Assembly: GCA_964016885.1 (NCBI GenBank)
Contig: OZ024743.1
Span: 177,506,001-177,570,000, forward strand
Origin: Eledone cirrhosa
Lineage: Eukaryota
DNA length: 64,000 bases
Direction: 5' to 3'
Shown: positions 1 through 12,771 of the stretch, in pieces
Layout: every line of letters starts with the position of its first letter
How positions within the stretch are numbered: the stretch's first letter is position 1
Notes under the pieces: generated by a model
What the model was told of the DNA's origin: nothing
Databases searched by the model: none
The model's input: the letters and a program-made list of their open reading frames with translations, nothing else
Position numbers and translations under genes: made by a program

Positions 1-385
1 ACCTGTCGGAGAGTGACCAATATTTGGAGAGTTTATCTTCCTCGGCCTTAAGTGCAGCAGAGCCTGCAGGTTGCCACTGGAGAAAATATTTCCCACAATG
101 TGATACCATTTTGCCATTATATACACTCATATATACATATGTGTGTATGTGTGTGAGCATGTATGTAAGTATGCATGTGTATATGTGTGTGTGTTACATT
201 TGTCAGGGATGAAAGGACCATATAACGGAGAATAATCGATGTTCTTCGAATGGAAAGCCGCGAGCCTGATTATTAAAATAAACCTAAACCTATATACAAT
301 ATATCCTTGAAATTGTCTATGCTCAAGTGATACATGAATAGCTCGTACAATAATATAAGGGATGTGAGATTCATTAAATGCTTAC

Positions 386-520
386 ATAGATAGAGGGCAG
401 TTCTCTGGTGAAGACAATCTCCCACCGTCCAAAACATATTGCATGACTTCTTGGTTGGCTTTCCCAGGGTAAGGGTCGCTGGCCATGGAAAATATTTCCC
501 ACAACGTGATACCATAAGCC
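386..520 (-). CDS. ALK: Next exon of the same ALK/LTK-family kinase (subdomains IX-X)
   Basis: ttttttag|G GCT TAT GGT...TCT AT|gtaagc; 135 nt; (W)AYGITLWEIFSMASDPYPGKANQEVMQYVLDGGRLSSPENCPLS; first G completes the TG|G Trp codon of the upstream exon. Confidence 0.85.
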
Positions 521-769
521 CTAAAAAAGAAGAAAATACTATGTGCACAAGAAAGATTTACGTGAATAAAATATATAAAATGAACGACATTCAATGGTTT
601 AAGTTGGAAGTCATTTACAATAAGAAATGATATCAGCTATACTGTTCCTGTTGCTGATCCAATGACACGTGTATCAGTTGTTCAAACAACCGAACATCAT
701 GCAAGTGGAATTAACTTGCACAGGGTTATGTATTCCATAGACATATGTATCCTAGATGTTGTATATGAG

Positions 770-920
770 AGGATTCAGTGTGACGTCACAACGGTGTAAC
801 TCCTTTTTGCCAGCTGAGTGGACTGGAGTAACATGAAATAAAATGTCTTGGGCATGAACATAACACGTCTCCAAAAATCCAACTCTAGGCCTTATCGTGT
901 GTTGAACTAAGCCATATATC
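770..920 (-). mobile_element. Degenerate tRNA-derived SINE fragment
   Basis: cagctgagtggactggagtaacatgaaataaaatgtcttg matches the SINE body at 43905-43950. Confidence 0.5.
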
Positions 921-1444
921 ATTACTGTTATTTAGTGAATTGTCTGTTCAGATTATGCCGAGCTCAACTTGGCCTTTCATCCATTTCGGGTCTATAAACC
1001 AGTATCAGTCATGTACTAGGATCGATTCTTCCTCTACATCTCTTTCTCACTTCCATTCACATCAAGAATCTTGCAAAACATAAGCATGTATATATGTATG
1101 TAAAAGGTAAACAGAAATAACAAAAACATAACTGCAGAGTACACGGAAGAAATATATTAGTTTAATACTTGAAATAGGAGAAAAAAAGTCATAACGTTTC
1201 GGACACTTTCAAATAATTTACCCTAATAACAAATGTTTTGATAATCCAATAGAGAAAGTTTGCTAAACATCAATTTTTCTACATGTAAATATCCTTTATA
1301 TATATAACAGGTGCGCTTTCCAGACCCCTTTTTTTTTATCATTTCCCTTATATTTACATATATATATATACCAATTATCATTATCATCATCATACATATT
1401 TATCTCTCTCTCTCTCTCTCTGTAAATACACACACATACACACA

Positions 1445-1532
<88 letters not shown>

Positions 1533-2443
1533 TATATATATATACACACATATATATACACACACATATTTATATATATACACCGACATACACAGACACA
1601 CACACACGTATATATATATATATATGAGAGAAAGAGAGATGTTTAGTGTTTAGAGAATTTTTTGTGGAAGCGAGATGACAGAGTGATCACTGGTGAGAGA
1701 CGTCATATAGTGTACAAGAGCAGGATGAGATTTTGTAAAGAAAGGGAACACTACAAACCAGCCACTGTTAAAATGAAGACTGACTCTAAAATGGGATGGG
1801 ATTTTTTTTTTTTGGGGGGGGGGGGTCTCATTGACCTGCACGGCATATACCACTTTCTCCTCTTTCCAGTAAGAGGCCAGAGCTTACTGTTATTTGGAAG
1901 ACAAATATCAAAATATGGTGGATTGGTTGAACTCTGAGAAATGGGCGGCATCATATTTCCCTGCAGTTGTAAGAATCAGAAGATTTGTCGGAACCAGAGT
2001 TGACACGCTGTTGAGTGCCCTTGGCTGTTGGGAAAGGAAATAAAACAACTTTCGAGGGCATTACACCGTGTAACAAAAACATTTTTTTCTCTGTTCCTGG
2101 CTTGTAATCACTTTTTTGTGTTGCTTAGGTCCCAAATAAATAAAAAAAGTGCTATTAAACCGTTAAAAGTTGGGTTTTGTAAAAATTCTAAGCTATTCAC
2201 TAGAATTATTTGTATGTTGGATTTTACGTTGTATGTAAGTTTAATTTGCTTATGTTAAATGATTTTTAAAATATCTGTTTCAGGTTAAATTAAAATTATA
2301 AAATAAAGATTAATACCTAAAGAAAATTATAAAAGTGCAATAAAGTATAAAATTGTTAAACAGTGGATTAAAGAGATTTATTGATACTAGATTTTCGCAC
2401 CCTCAATAAAGGTTAAGTTGTGTTTTAAGCATTCGTCTCCAGG

Positions 2444-3523
2444 ATGAAGCAGTGGAACTTGGTCAAGGAGGAAGTGCAGGTGACAAGTCAGAGAAGTCGA
2501 CACGAATCTTTCTCAGGCTTTTACAGTCTTAGGGATGGCCTCTGCTTCTGCCATGACGTGTCTGGACTGTTTGACGTTATTGGGGTGCCGTTTGTGCCCA
2601 AGGAGTGGCGGCTATTTATAGACAGCTCCACCACAAGTTTGAAGGCTGTCCTCCTCCACAATGGAAACAAGTTACCGACACTGGCCCTAGATCATTCAGT
2701 CTGCCTGAAGGAAGGTTACTACAGTGTGAAAGTCCTTTTGGAAGCTCTGCAATACAACCAGTACAATTGGGAAATCATTGGAGACTTCAAGATGGTGGCT
2801 TTCCTGCTTGGACTCCAAGGAGGCTTTATCAAATTCCAATGCTTCCTCTGCCTTTGGGACAGCAGAGCCACCTCTGACCACTACAAAAGAAGAAACTGGG
2901 AGAAGCGAACAGAATTTGTAGTTGGGACCCGGAACGTCATGTGGGAGCCACTGGTTGATACCAGGATTGTGCTCACGCTGCCACTGCACATTAAGTTGGG
3001 GTTGATGAAGCAGTTTGTGAAGGCTCTCAACCAAGAATCAGCTGCTTTTAAGTACCTTCTTGAGTTCTTCGCCAAGTTATCTGAGGCCAAAATTAAAGGT
3101 GGCATTTTTGTTGGACCTCAGATAAAGAAAGTGTTTGAGTCTACCGAGTTCTCCAATAAGCTCAATAGGATTGAGAGAACAGCATGGAACTGTTTCAAGG
3201 TAGTTGTTAAGAGCTTCCTGGGCAACTACAATTCTGAAAACTACCAGCAACTGGTGCAGGATCTGATAAAGGCTTTTGGCGCCATGGGATGCAGGATGTC
3301 GCTTAAACTCCATATACTGGACGCTCACCTGGAAAAGTTCAAGGACAATATGGGCACCTACTCAGAAGAACAAAGCGAACGATTCCACCAAGATGTGAAA
3401 GAGATAGAGCGGAGGTACCAGGGCCACTACAATGAAATATTGATGGGGGACTATATCTGGGAGCTAGTGCGGGAATGCGACCTGGACAACAGCCGCAAAT
3501 CCAGGAAATCCAGTCATTTCTGA
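2444..3523 (+). CDS. Chapaev3-type transposase, catalytic C-terminal part (N-terminus missing)
   Basis: 359 aa ORF with LFIDSS, GDFKM, CFLCLWDSR, PLHIKLGLMKQFVKAL, MSLKLHILDAH, SEEQSERFHQD motifs. Confidence 0.75.
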   Translation: MKQWNLVKEEVQVTSQRSRHESFSGFYSLRDGLCFCHDVSGLFDVIGVPFVPKEWRLFIDSSTTSLKAVLLHNGNKLPTLALDHSVCLKEGYYSVKVLLEALQYNQYNWEIIGDFKMVAFLLGLQGGFIKFQCFLCLWDSRATSDHYKRRNWEKRTEFVVGTRNVMWEPLVDTRIVLTLPLHIKLGLMKQFVKALNQESAAFKYLLEFFAKLSEAKIKGGIFVGPQIKKVFESTEFSNKLNRIERTAWNCFKVVVKSFLGNYNSENYQQLVQDLIKAFGAMGCRMSLKLHILDAHLEKFKDNMGTYSEEQSERFHQDVKEIERRYQGHYNEILMGDYIWELVRECDLDNSRKSRKSSHF

Positions 3524-3742
3524 CGTGTATAAGTTGCTTTATAAGTGTTATTTGTTTTTACTTGTATGCTTTTGATAAGCTTGTGTAATAAAATAAATAT
3601 ATACTCTGTTGATTTAATTATATGAACTGATAAATTAAAAAAAGAAGTGGTTTTTCTTGAAAAATATGAAAATTTCGAACTATCAAACTTTTGGCCACAA
3701 ACACAAACTTCTAATTAAATAATAGTGTCTTTTTATAATAAT

Positions 3743-3792
3743 TGTTTCTACTTTAGGCACAAGGCCAGCAATTACCCAGTGCATTACTGGTA
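3743..3792 (-). mobile_element. 5'-truncated SINE inserted in the transposon
   Basis: Reverse complement of SINE 3' end at 44357-44410; flanked by direct repeat ttttataataat (3731-3742, 3793-3804). Confidence 0.75.
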
Positions 3793-4188
3793 TTTTATAA
3801 TAATGGGATATATCAAACCAGGAAATAATATTTAGAACCGGGGAACAGACAATATGTTACATGGTGTTATTGATTACATTAAGGTGGAAAGAGACTTTCG
3901 CTCGGAGTTACATCAGAAGCATCTACGTATGTGCTGAAATATAAAAATTCGTCACTTACATAGGTGGGTAGAACCAGGTAGCTCTGGTATCGTAATGGAA
4001 TGACATTCCAATCTCTAATAGGATTTTGTTTAAAATAAAAGCAATGAACACCGAAAGTAATGCAATGTGTCATTGACATTTGAGCAACGAAAATCAATAA
4101 CAGAGTAAAATCAGAGAAGTCTGATAAATATTTGCATGATATTAATCTGCTTCCTGTTTTCTTGTATATAAAATCGAATATGTGTGTG

Positions 4189-4263
<75 letters not shown>

Positions 4264-4325
4264 GCACGCACACACACACATACACACACACACACACACA
4301 TATATATATACATATATATATATAT

Positions 4326-6147
4326 TTCGTTTCTGAATTTGTTTAGCAGGATTCTTTATCTGAAAACGTCTGTTGAAACCGATATTGTTATACTTTGGGA
4401 AGGTCATGTTGCCAACAAGAAACACACGCATCAATTGCTTTCACTTCAATTTATTATAAATTTCCGGTTGGTTGGTTGGTTCCACAACCGGATCTTTGTT
4501 AATATATTGTCAAAGTTCTTTTGTCACACATTCTGTGACCTCTTCAGTGACTGAGAATTATTTTCTTTATTTTGTGCCTCTCCTTTGCTCTGTCCTACGC
4601 CATCTTGTTTTTGTGTGTGTTGTGTGTTTAGTTTACGCATGTGTTACATCCGGGTGTCTGTGTGTGTTTTTATTTATTTATTTATTTGTTTATTTACATG
4701 TTACTACTTAGTTGTTTGTTCTGTGTGTGTTTTCATTTTGTCCTTAAATATAAGTTGTGATGTTGCTATTCCATTCATGTTTTAATGTTGGTTGGAGTTC
4801 ATTTATGTTTATTGCCTCTGTGATTTTTCTAAACATTGCGTCTTTTCTGTGTGTAGATTCTAATTATATCTCTTTGTTCTCTTATTTGCCCTTATATTCT
4901 ATTTTAGCATGTTGGTGGAGTAATGATGAGTCTTTTCTATCTTGAAGCTCTCGCCGGTGTTCATTTAATCGTTGTCCTATGCTACGAGCAGTCTCACCTA
5001 TGTACATTATATTCTTATCATTACTTTGTCCCTCAGTACATCTTATGCTATATACTATGTTTCTAGTTTTGCAGTTAATATGGGGGCTTAGTTTACAGAT
5101 TATGCATTTCTTATTTATACAGGGAGGTCTTTGAAAAGGGTATGTATTACTAATAAGTGTTTTTATGGAGGTACCTTGTCTTTTCACAATCTTAATATTT
5201 AGTTTAAGTTTATCTAGGGCCCTTCTAAATTTGTAAGCTAGTTCACCTCTAGGGGTTGTATTGATGAACATTACACTCTCGTATTTATTGCTATCATACC
5301 ATGAGTTTATTCTATTAACCTTATTCCTAGTTCTTTCTATTATATACCAAAATTTGCTCCTATATAAGGGGCAGGTCCCATTTGTATCATTATTTACCAT
5401 TTTTCCCCATTTGGTTCTGGCTCCTCTATATACTCTGATTGTAACCAGAGAACTGCATACGGTGTAGGAAGTGTTGTATGTGTCTCTCTAGTTCTTTGGG
5501 GGTTGCACATGCGGGACACGTTTCTCATCACCCGTACTAAATTCGCAATCAGTATGTTGATTTTGGTGTGATCCGAAACAGCTGAGTTTCGATGGATCAT
5601 GTATTTGGAAGTCATGGGTTTGGCATAATGGGAATGGAGGATTTGTTTTTTGTTATTAATGGTTTCTAACCAGAGCTCTGTGTCTAGTACAGGTAATTGA
5701 TGTTTGGGGTGTTTGCTTGGGTAGTCTATAGTAACTTTAATACTCTGGTGGATGGAGTTAGCTATTTGCTGGATGCTTTCCATGATGTTTTTCTCTAATT
5801 CCTGACTGTTCTCTAGTGGGGGTGTTTTTACTACGATGTCTATATCATCAACGTAGCGGGAATACATAATCAAGGTTAAGAGGTTGTTATATTCTAATTG
5901 TTCTTTAAGTTTATTGTCCCTCCATACCATGAATAGGTTAGCTATGTCACCTGCAATGCTAACGCCAATGACTGCCCCCTCCTCTTGGGCATATGTTTTT
6001 CTAATAAATTTAAACATATGTTCCTTAAGGGTTAGTTTTATACTGGCGCCCACCGCATGTGCAATCATTTTATTTAGTTCATCATGGTTTTCGGGGGTCC
6101 GTATGGCTCTGGTCCACCCGTTCCATCTTTCTGTGTGGGTTTTCTTG
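4326..6147 (-). mobile_element. Naiad-like PLE (family A), 5'-truncated: RT C-half, GIY-YIG endonuclease, 3' terminal region
   Basis: ORFs 5394-6068 (YSRYVDD, DYPSKHP..LPVLDTELW, HYAKPM) and 4882-5400 (CIIC, NIVYSIRC, YIGETARS); highly similar to 16787-18628. Confidence 0.8.
4509..4551 (-). ncRNA. Degenerate hammerhead motif (family A)
   Basis: GTCA CTGAAGA G GTCACA gaatg TGTGAC AAAA GAACTT TGAC; GAAA mutated to AAAA. Confidence 0.45.
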
Positions 6148-6305
6148 AAGTAATGGACTGACCAATGGTAACATCGAGGACCTAATAAATTAAATTAACT
6201 AATATAAAATATACAGAAGCGAAAACCAACCAAAGAGTGAGTGTGTTCTGTTATTAATTCTGGCAATATTATTACACAAATATGACCCTCCCCAAGTATA
6301 ACAAT
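6148..6305 (+). mobile_element. 3' terminus of related PLE family B, fused head-to-head to family A
   Basis: Matches 49450-49545 and 60940-61085; ends atgaccctccccaagtataacaat then (TA)n. Confidence 0.7.
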
Positions 6306-6530
6306 ATATATATATATACATATATATATATTGATATATATTGATATATATTGATATATATATATATAGTATTAAGGATACTATTTATGGTTATGTATAT
6401 AATAAAACCTTTTATGGTTATATATATTTTAAACTCTAAATAGTGAAAGACAGTAATTCATTACTATCTTATTACCAGTAAGATAAATAGCTCAACGTAA
6501 TAACATCAGTTGTTTTACAGAGCAGTTATA

Positions 6531-9245
6531 TAGAAATTACATGAATCAAAGTTCAGTTTAAATCATTTATTTCCTTACAATTGTTTCCTCCAAACCGAGG
6601 TTTGGGTTCTTCGGAGCAACTATTTAGTGATTTTTACATGCTTGACATCCTTTTCAACACAAGAGACATATAAAAACAAATGTATATACTGACCTACATT
6701 GTGTTGACATCAATCATAATATTATATCATGGCAATTTACATACAAAGGTTACAGTCATATTAAAGGACAAAATTAAAGTTAAAATTAAAATTAAAAAAC
6801 TAAAACATTGGCAGTTTATGAAGATAAAGCAAGAAGAAAGTTTAGAGTAGTCAGTGTATGTAACAGTCTCACATGTGGCATGCACGCGTGTCTTATTTAT
6901 ACAGGATTATAGTGCGGCAGATTGTTACATGTAAAAACAAACAGTTAAAGCAGGCAATCAATAGCATCATGGGGGCTGTATTGTTAAAGCATTTTTCACA
7001 CACAGTTGTACGATATATATGCCCGTTGTAGAGAAACACCAAAAATATCAAAATATTACAAATGAGAAGAAAAACAGCACCACTGTCCTCGCACCCACCA
7101 CCACTCTCACAATCCAGGAAACGCAATTTATAGACTACATGTCCATTACTCAATCTACGAGGATTCAATTTTGGGTGCCTGGAGAACCATGTTATAAATC
7201 ATATCTTGTCGTTCCTTAATTTGATTCATAGATCAGGTTGTTTTTGTGGTGAGAGATGAAATTGTATTATATTCCGGAAGTGTGTGTGTGACTAAGGGGA
7301 GTTAATGCGTAAGGGGAGGTAACTAGCTGATTTTCATAGTTAAATTTATAATCCTAAAGTGCATTAATGGTGTTTCATATGAGTCCCTATCATATAAGGT
7401 TATAAACAATTTCTAAATTTAAGTATCTTATCTATAAATTACAGTGTAGTCTATGAAGAAGTACTAAAGGTGTTCATATCAGGATGATTACCTTCTATCA
7501 TGGAGTGCCACAACCGAACATTCTACAAGAAGAGTCAGACCTCCAAATCAATGATCTTTGTAAGTGTAGTCCACCCGTAGAACCTGGCAGGATCTTATTA
7601 CTATATATGACTCCCGGTAAGCTCTGGGTCATTGTATGTCTGAATGCATGGCAAAGTTAAATATCACCAGGGTGGTCCAGAGATCAATTCTCTCATACAA
7701 AGACACTAATATGGCCATCAAGCCATACATATACTCATAACTCATATATCACCTGTACATAATTCATTGTACTCAGCATATAGAATATATAGCCCTTTTA
7801 ATAAATTAATTACTTAATCTTCTATCTATCCTATGGTGGCACTCCATGCACAGGACAAAGTTAGCACAACCAATTCAGTGCCTACAGTTTACATTAATTA
7901 TATATTAGTGCAATGTAGTCCAAGTAATTCAAGGCCAATATACCAAAAGTAGAAGTACATGGGGATATCCCTAAGGCAAAACGTACTAATAGGGTGCCAC
8001 TATTTGTGTTAAAGTGGATTAATGGGTGTGGATATGAGATGTAAGGTGTGCCCCTGATGCTAGTTGCTAGAGGTGGTGACGGATTCAAGTCTGACATTGT
8101 TATATATTGGGTTTAAAGTTTTGGAAAAAGTGTCGGAAGCGGTGTTGGCAAGACGCGAACACTTCTGATTTTTTATTAAGGAGGTTATGGTTAGAGAAGA
8201 TGATAATATGGGTCTCTAGTAGACAGAGGTTACAAAATGTATTAGGTGGTTTGTACGATGTCGCATTACCTATCACTTCCCATTCAAGTGTATATGGTTT
8301 ATTTTTAGTTTTTAGATAGTGTATGTAGCTAGATAGTGAAGTGGAGTTGGCTAGACTGTGTTTTTTGAAAGAGTGGAGATGCTACTTTTGAAGCAGTTAG
8401 AAGTAGAGCCTATATAGGTTTCAGAAGAGTTGATAGTTGTGACTGTGCATGAGTATATGATATCCTTGATTAAGCATTTTTTATCTAAAGGGCAGGTTCT
8501 ATTTGATCTACAGTTACAATTATTCTGGGTGTTAGTCTGCCGGTTATTATGTTGTGAAGAAGTCTGGATGGTAGCTATAGGGTTTTGGTTATGTGGGTTG
8601 TCGTTCCCAGCGTTATTGTTTACACTAGTGCTATTACTATTATTTCTATTGATATTAGGGTTAGTTGCTATAATGTTATTTTGAAGGTAAATCGTCTGCT
8701 GTGATTTAGTTTGTTGGAAGTAAGAATTAATTTTTCTTTTATTGCTACGAGCTATGTGGTATGCTATGTTAGGCGTAGTAGAGTAGGAAATTTTAATAGT
8801 GTTTTTGATTAAAAGGCTATGGTACTTTTGGCCGGATGGGAAGTTTTTATCTAGTAGTGAGAAGAAAGCCCTGGGTAGGTTGGTAGAGACGTTTAGATTG
8901 AAAGGAGGGTTGACAAATTTATTATTTCTTCTTCTATTTTTGTCTTTTATGTCTGGTGAGTTGTTTCCTTTTATGGTACTATGGTAATTTCTGTGGTGTG
9001 GGTTACTTTTGTTGGTATCATCCCTATTAGTGTGTGTGTGGTTGCTATTCCTATTACAACATTTTCTCATGGACATGTTGTGCGAAATAATGTTGTAGCT
9101 ATGTGTTTATGTAGGTAGGAATTCGATCGCTATATTATGGCCTGATCTAGCTAATGCCTGATTATAATATTGCGAGTTTTTGTTAAATATGTTTACGTCA
9201 TAGGATAGATTACAGATTCTATTAGATACTCCCTTAGAGATAAAG
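6531..9245 (-). mobile_element. PLE (YRDD/Nematis-like type), 5'-truncated, left arm of 5 kb palindrome
   Basis: ORF 8351-9076 with NPPFNLNV, CNCR..CPL..CL, IIYSC, YIGSTS (GIY-YIG); long 3' region ending in hammerhead plus AATAAA. Confidence 0.85.
6572..6618 (-). ncRNA. Hammerhead ribozyme motif, CCGAAGA core variant
   Basis: TGCT CCGAAGA AC CCAAAC CTCG GTTTGG AG GAAA CAATTG TA AGGA AATAAA. Confidence 0.6.
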
Positions 9246-9293
9246 TTTAATATAGATCTATATTAAACTAGATCTATATTAAACTCTATCTCT

Positions 9294-11588
9294 AGAAATT
9301 ACCATAGTACCATAAAAGGAAACAACTCACCAGACATAAAAGACAAAAATAGAAGAAGAAATAATACATTTTTCAACCCTCCTTTCAATCTAAACGTCTC
9401 TACCAACCTACACAGCAGACGATAAACCTTCAAAATAACATTATAGCAACTAACCCTAATATCAATAGAAATAATAGTAATAGCACTAGTGTAAACAATA
9501 ACGCTGGGAACGACAACCCACATAACCAAAACCCTATAGCTACCATCCAGACTTCTTCACAACATAATAACCGGCAGACTAACACCCAGAATAATTGTAA
9601 CTGTAGATCAAATAGAACCTGCCCTTTAGATAAAAAATGCTTAATCAAGGATATCATATACTCATGCACAGTCACAACTATCAACTCTTCTGAAACCTAT
9701 ATAGGCTCTACTTCTAACTGCTTCAAAAGTAGCATCTCCACTCTTTCAAAAAACACAGTCTAGCCAACTCCACTTCACTATCTAGCTACATACACTATCT
9801 AAAAACTAAAAATAAACCATATACACTTGAATGGGAAGTGATAGGTAATGCGACATCGTACAAACCACCTAATACATTTTGTAACCTCTGTCTACTAGAG
9901 ACCCATATTATCATCTTCTCTAACCATAACCTCCTTAATAAAAAATCAGAAGTGTTCGCGTCTTGCCAACACCGCTTCCGACACTTTTTCCAAAACTTTA
10001 AACCCAATATATAACAATGTCAGACTTGAATCCGTCACCACCTCTAGCAACTAGCATCAGGGGCACACCTTACATCTCATCTCCAGACCCATTAATCCAC
10101 TTTAACACAAATAGTGGCACCCTATTAGTACGTTTTGCCCTAGGGATATCCCCATGTACTTCTACTTTTGGTATATTGGCCTTGAATTACTTGGACTACA
10201 TTGCACTAATATATAATTATTGTAAACTGTAGGCACTGAATTAGTTGTGCTAACTTTGTCCTGTGCATGGAGTGCCACCATAGGATAGAAAGAAGATTAA
10301 GTAATTAATTTATTAAAAGGGCTATATATTCTATATGCTGAGTACAATGAATTATGTACAGGTGATATATGAGTTATGAGTATATGTATGGCTTGATGGC
10401 CATATTAGTGTCTTTGTATGAGAGAATTGATCTCTGGACCACCCTGGTGATATTTAACTTTTCCATGCATTCAGACATACAATGACCCAGGGCTTACCGG
10501 GAGTCATATATAGTAATAAGATCCTGCCAGGTTCTGCGGGTGGACTACACTTACAAAGATCATTGATTTGGAGGTCTGACTCTTCTTGTAGAATGTTCGG
10601 TTGTGGCACTCCATGATAGAAGGTAATCATCCTGATATGAACACCTTTAGTACTTCTTCATAGACTACACTGTAATTTATAGATAAGATACTTAAATTTA
10701 GAAATTGTTTATAACCTTATATGATAGGGACTCATATGAAACACCATTAATGTACTTTAGGATTATAAATTTAACTATGAAAATCAGCTAGTTACCTCCC
10801 CTTACGCATTAACTCCCCTTAGTCACACACACACTTCCGGAATATAATACAATGTCACCTCTCACCACAAAAACAACCTGATCTATGAATCAAATTAAGG
10901 AACGACAAGATATGATTTATAACATGGTTCTCCAGGTACCCAATGTTGAATCATCGTGGATTGTGTGATGGACATGTAGTCTATAAATTGCGTTTCCTGG
11001 ATTGTGTGAGTGGTGGTGGGTGCGAGGACAGTGGTGCTGTTTTTCTTCTCATTTGTAATATTTTGATATTTTTGGTGTTTCTCTACAAACGGGCTTATAT
11101 ATCGTACAGGTGTGTGTGAAAAATGCTTTAACGATGCAGCCCCCATGATGCTATTGATTGCCTGCTTTAACTGTTTGTTTTTACATGTAACAATCTGCCG
11201 CACTATAATCCTGTATAAAGAAGACACGCGTGCATGCCACATGTGAGACTGTTTCATACACTGACTACTCTAAACTTTCCTCTTGCTTTATCTTCATAAA
11301 CTGCCAATGTTTTATTTTTATTTTTATTTTAATTTTAACTTTAATTTTGTCCTTTAATATGACTGTAACCTTTGTATGTAAATTGCCATGATATAATATT
11401 ATGATGGATGTCAACCCACTGTGGGTCAGTATATACATATGTGTTTATATGTCTCTTGTGTTGAAAAGGAGGTCAAGTATGTAAATAATCACTAAATAGT
11501 TGCTCCGAAGAACCCAAACCTCGGTTTGGAGGAAACAATTGTAAGCAAATAAATGATTTAAACTGAACTTTGATTCATGTAATTTCTC
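9294..11588 (+). mobile_element. Inverted copy of the same PLE (right arm), internal deletion near 9410
   Basis: Reverse complement of ~6531-8991 with scattered substitutions; mirror ORFs 8107/9795, 8430/9430, 7894/10017. Confidence 0.9.
11501..11547 (+). ncRNA. Hammerhead ribozyme motif, CCGAAGA core variant
   Basis: TGCT CCGAAGA..stem II..GAAA CAATTG TA AGCA AATAAA; stem I TGCT/AGCA, palindromic stem III. Confidence 0.7.
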
Positions 11589-12008
11589 TATATATATATA
11601 TTGATAGATAGATATATTTCTACACACACATATATATATTTACACATATGTATGTATTTATGTGTGGGTGGATGTGTGTATATTTGTGTGTTTGTGTGTG
11701 TGTTTTATGCTTGTGTATGTGTGTGTGTGTGTACGTAGGAACAAACACTTGATATAGCGACTCGAACGATTGTTACAGCGGGGAGATTTTTAAATGCTAA
11801 CATAAATGATCTTTACCAATATCGGAAGACATCTCTTTTAGATTGGAATATGGCGCCACTTATTTGTTTCTCGCAGTTTACTACTGTCAAACGAAGTAAA
11901 TAATCTGTTTATGATTAATAGACAGGAAAGTTTAGCAAAAGAAAAGCATCTTTTGGCTGGTAGTTTATCCAGAACAAGTATTTACTTATCCAGTTGAAAT
12001 ATATTGAT

Positions 12009-12101
<93 letters not shown>

Positions 12102-12632
12102 TACACACACACACACATACACACACACACGCGTATGTATTACAGGAACAGACATACGTACACATGTGTGTATGTCTGTGCGTGTGTGTGTGTGTGTATG
12201 TGTGTATGTGTGCGTGTGTGTGTGGTGTGTGTGTATGTGTGTGTGTGTGTGTGTGTATGTGTGTGTGTGTGTATCTATTCAATATATATTGAACATAATT
12301 TCATAAATTTTCCAAAAGGCTCCAAAACGTCGCCGTCGCGAATTCTTGTGGCCTCGGTTTGCGGCACTGCCAATTTACCCCACAAAATCATAACGACAGC
12401 AGTCTGCCCGAAGAAAGAGCTCCGTAAGGCAAAGTAGATAGATATTACAGCAGGTGACGTAGGCTATACTCTGTGTCAAAGCCATCACCATTTTGTCTGC
12501 AGGTTCTACCGAATCACCACTCTGACAAGGATGTAAAGTCTACCTATCCCAATTCTTCTCCTTTATTGTGTTACTTTATTTTATGTATTATTTTTCTTCT
12601 TTCTATTTCCTTGTTTTTCTGTTTCATTGTAA

Positions 12633-12771
12633 ATATTATTGAATAAATATATTAAGTCTCTAAGGAAATATCATTGTTAAATTAAACACTTCTTTCTAAA
12701 TATTTTCGTGTGAATATTGTTCAAGAAAATGTGTATTTGATTTCTAGCAAAGCGCATTTACATAGCTTGCT
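12633..12771 (+). repeat. 139 bp direct repeat, second copy 25593-25731
   Basis: atattattgaataaatatattaagtctc...catagcttgct near-identical at both sites. Confidence 0.85.

Larger units (their letters stand above)
2064..3866 (+). mobile_element. Chapaev3-like (CMC superfamily) DNA transposon, internally deleted
   Basis: Imperfect TIRs CACCGTGTAACA...TCTGTTCC / GGAACAGA...TGTTACATGGTG; TTA target-site duplication at 2061-2063 and 3867-3869; transposase ORF inside. Confidence 0.75.

Noticed and set aside
196-265. Possible minus-strand exon (atcag..gtaac) open in phase with the kinase exon
   Set aside because: Weak polypyrimidine tract and donor; peptide does not resemble the expected subdomain XI (M..CW..P..RP.F).
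4358-4392. Hammerhead at ctgaaaacgtctgttgaaaccg
   Set aside because: Core spacing and stems I and III cannot be satisfied.
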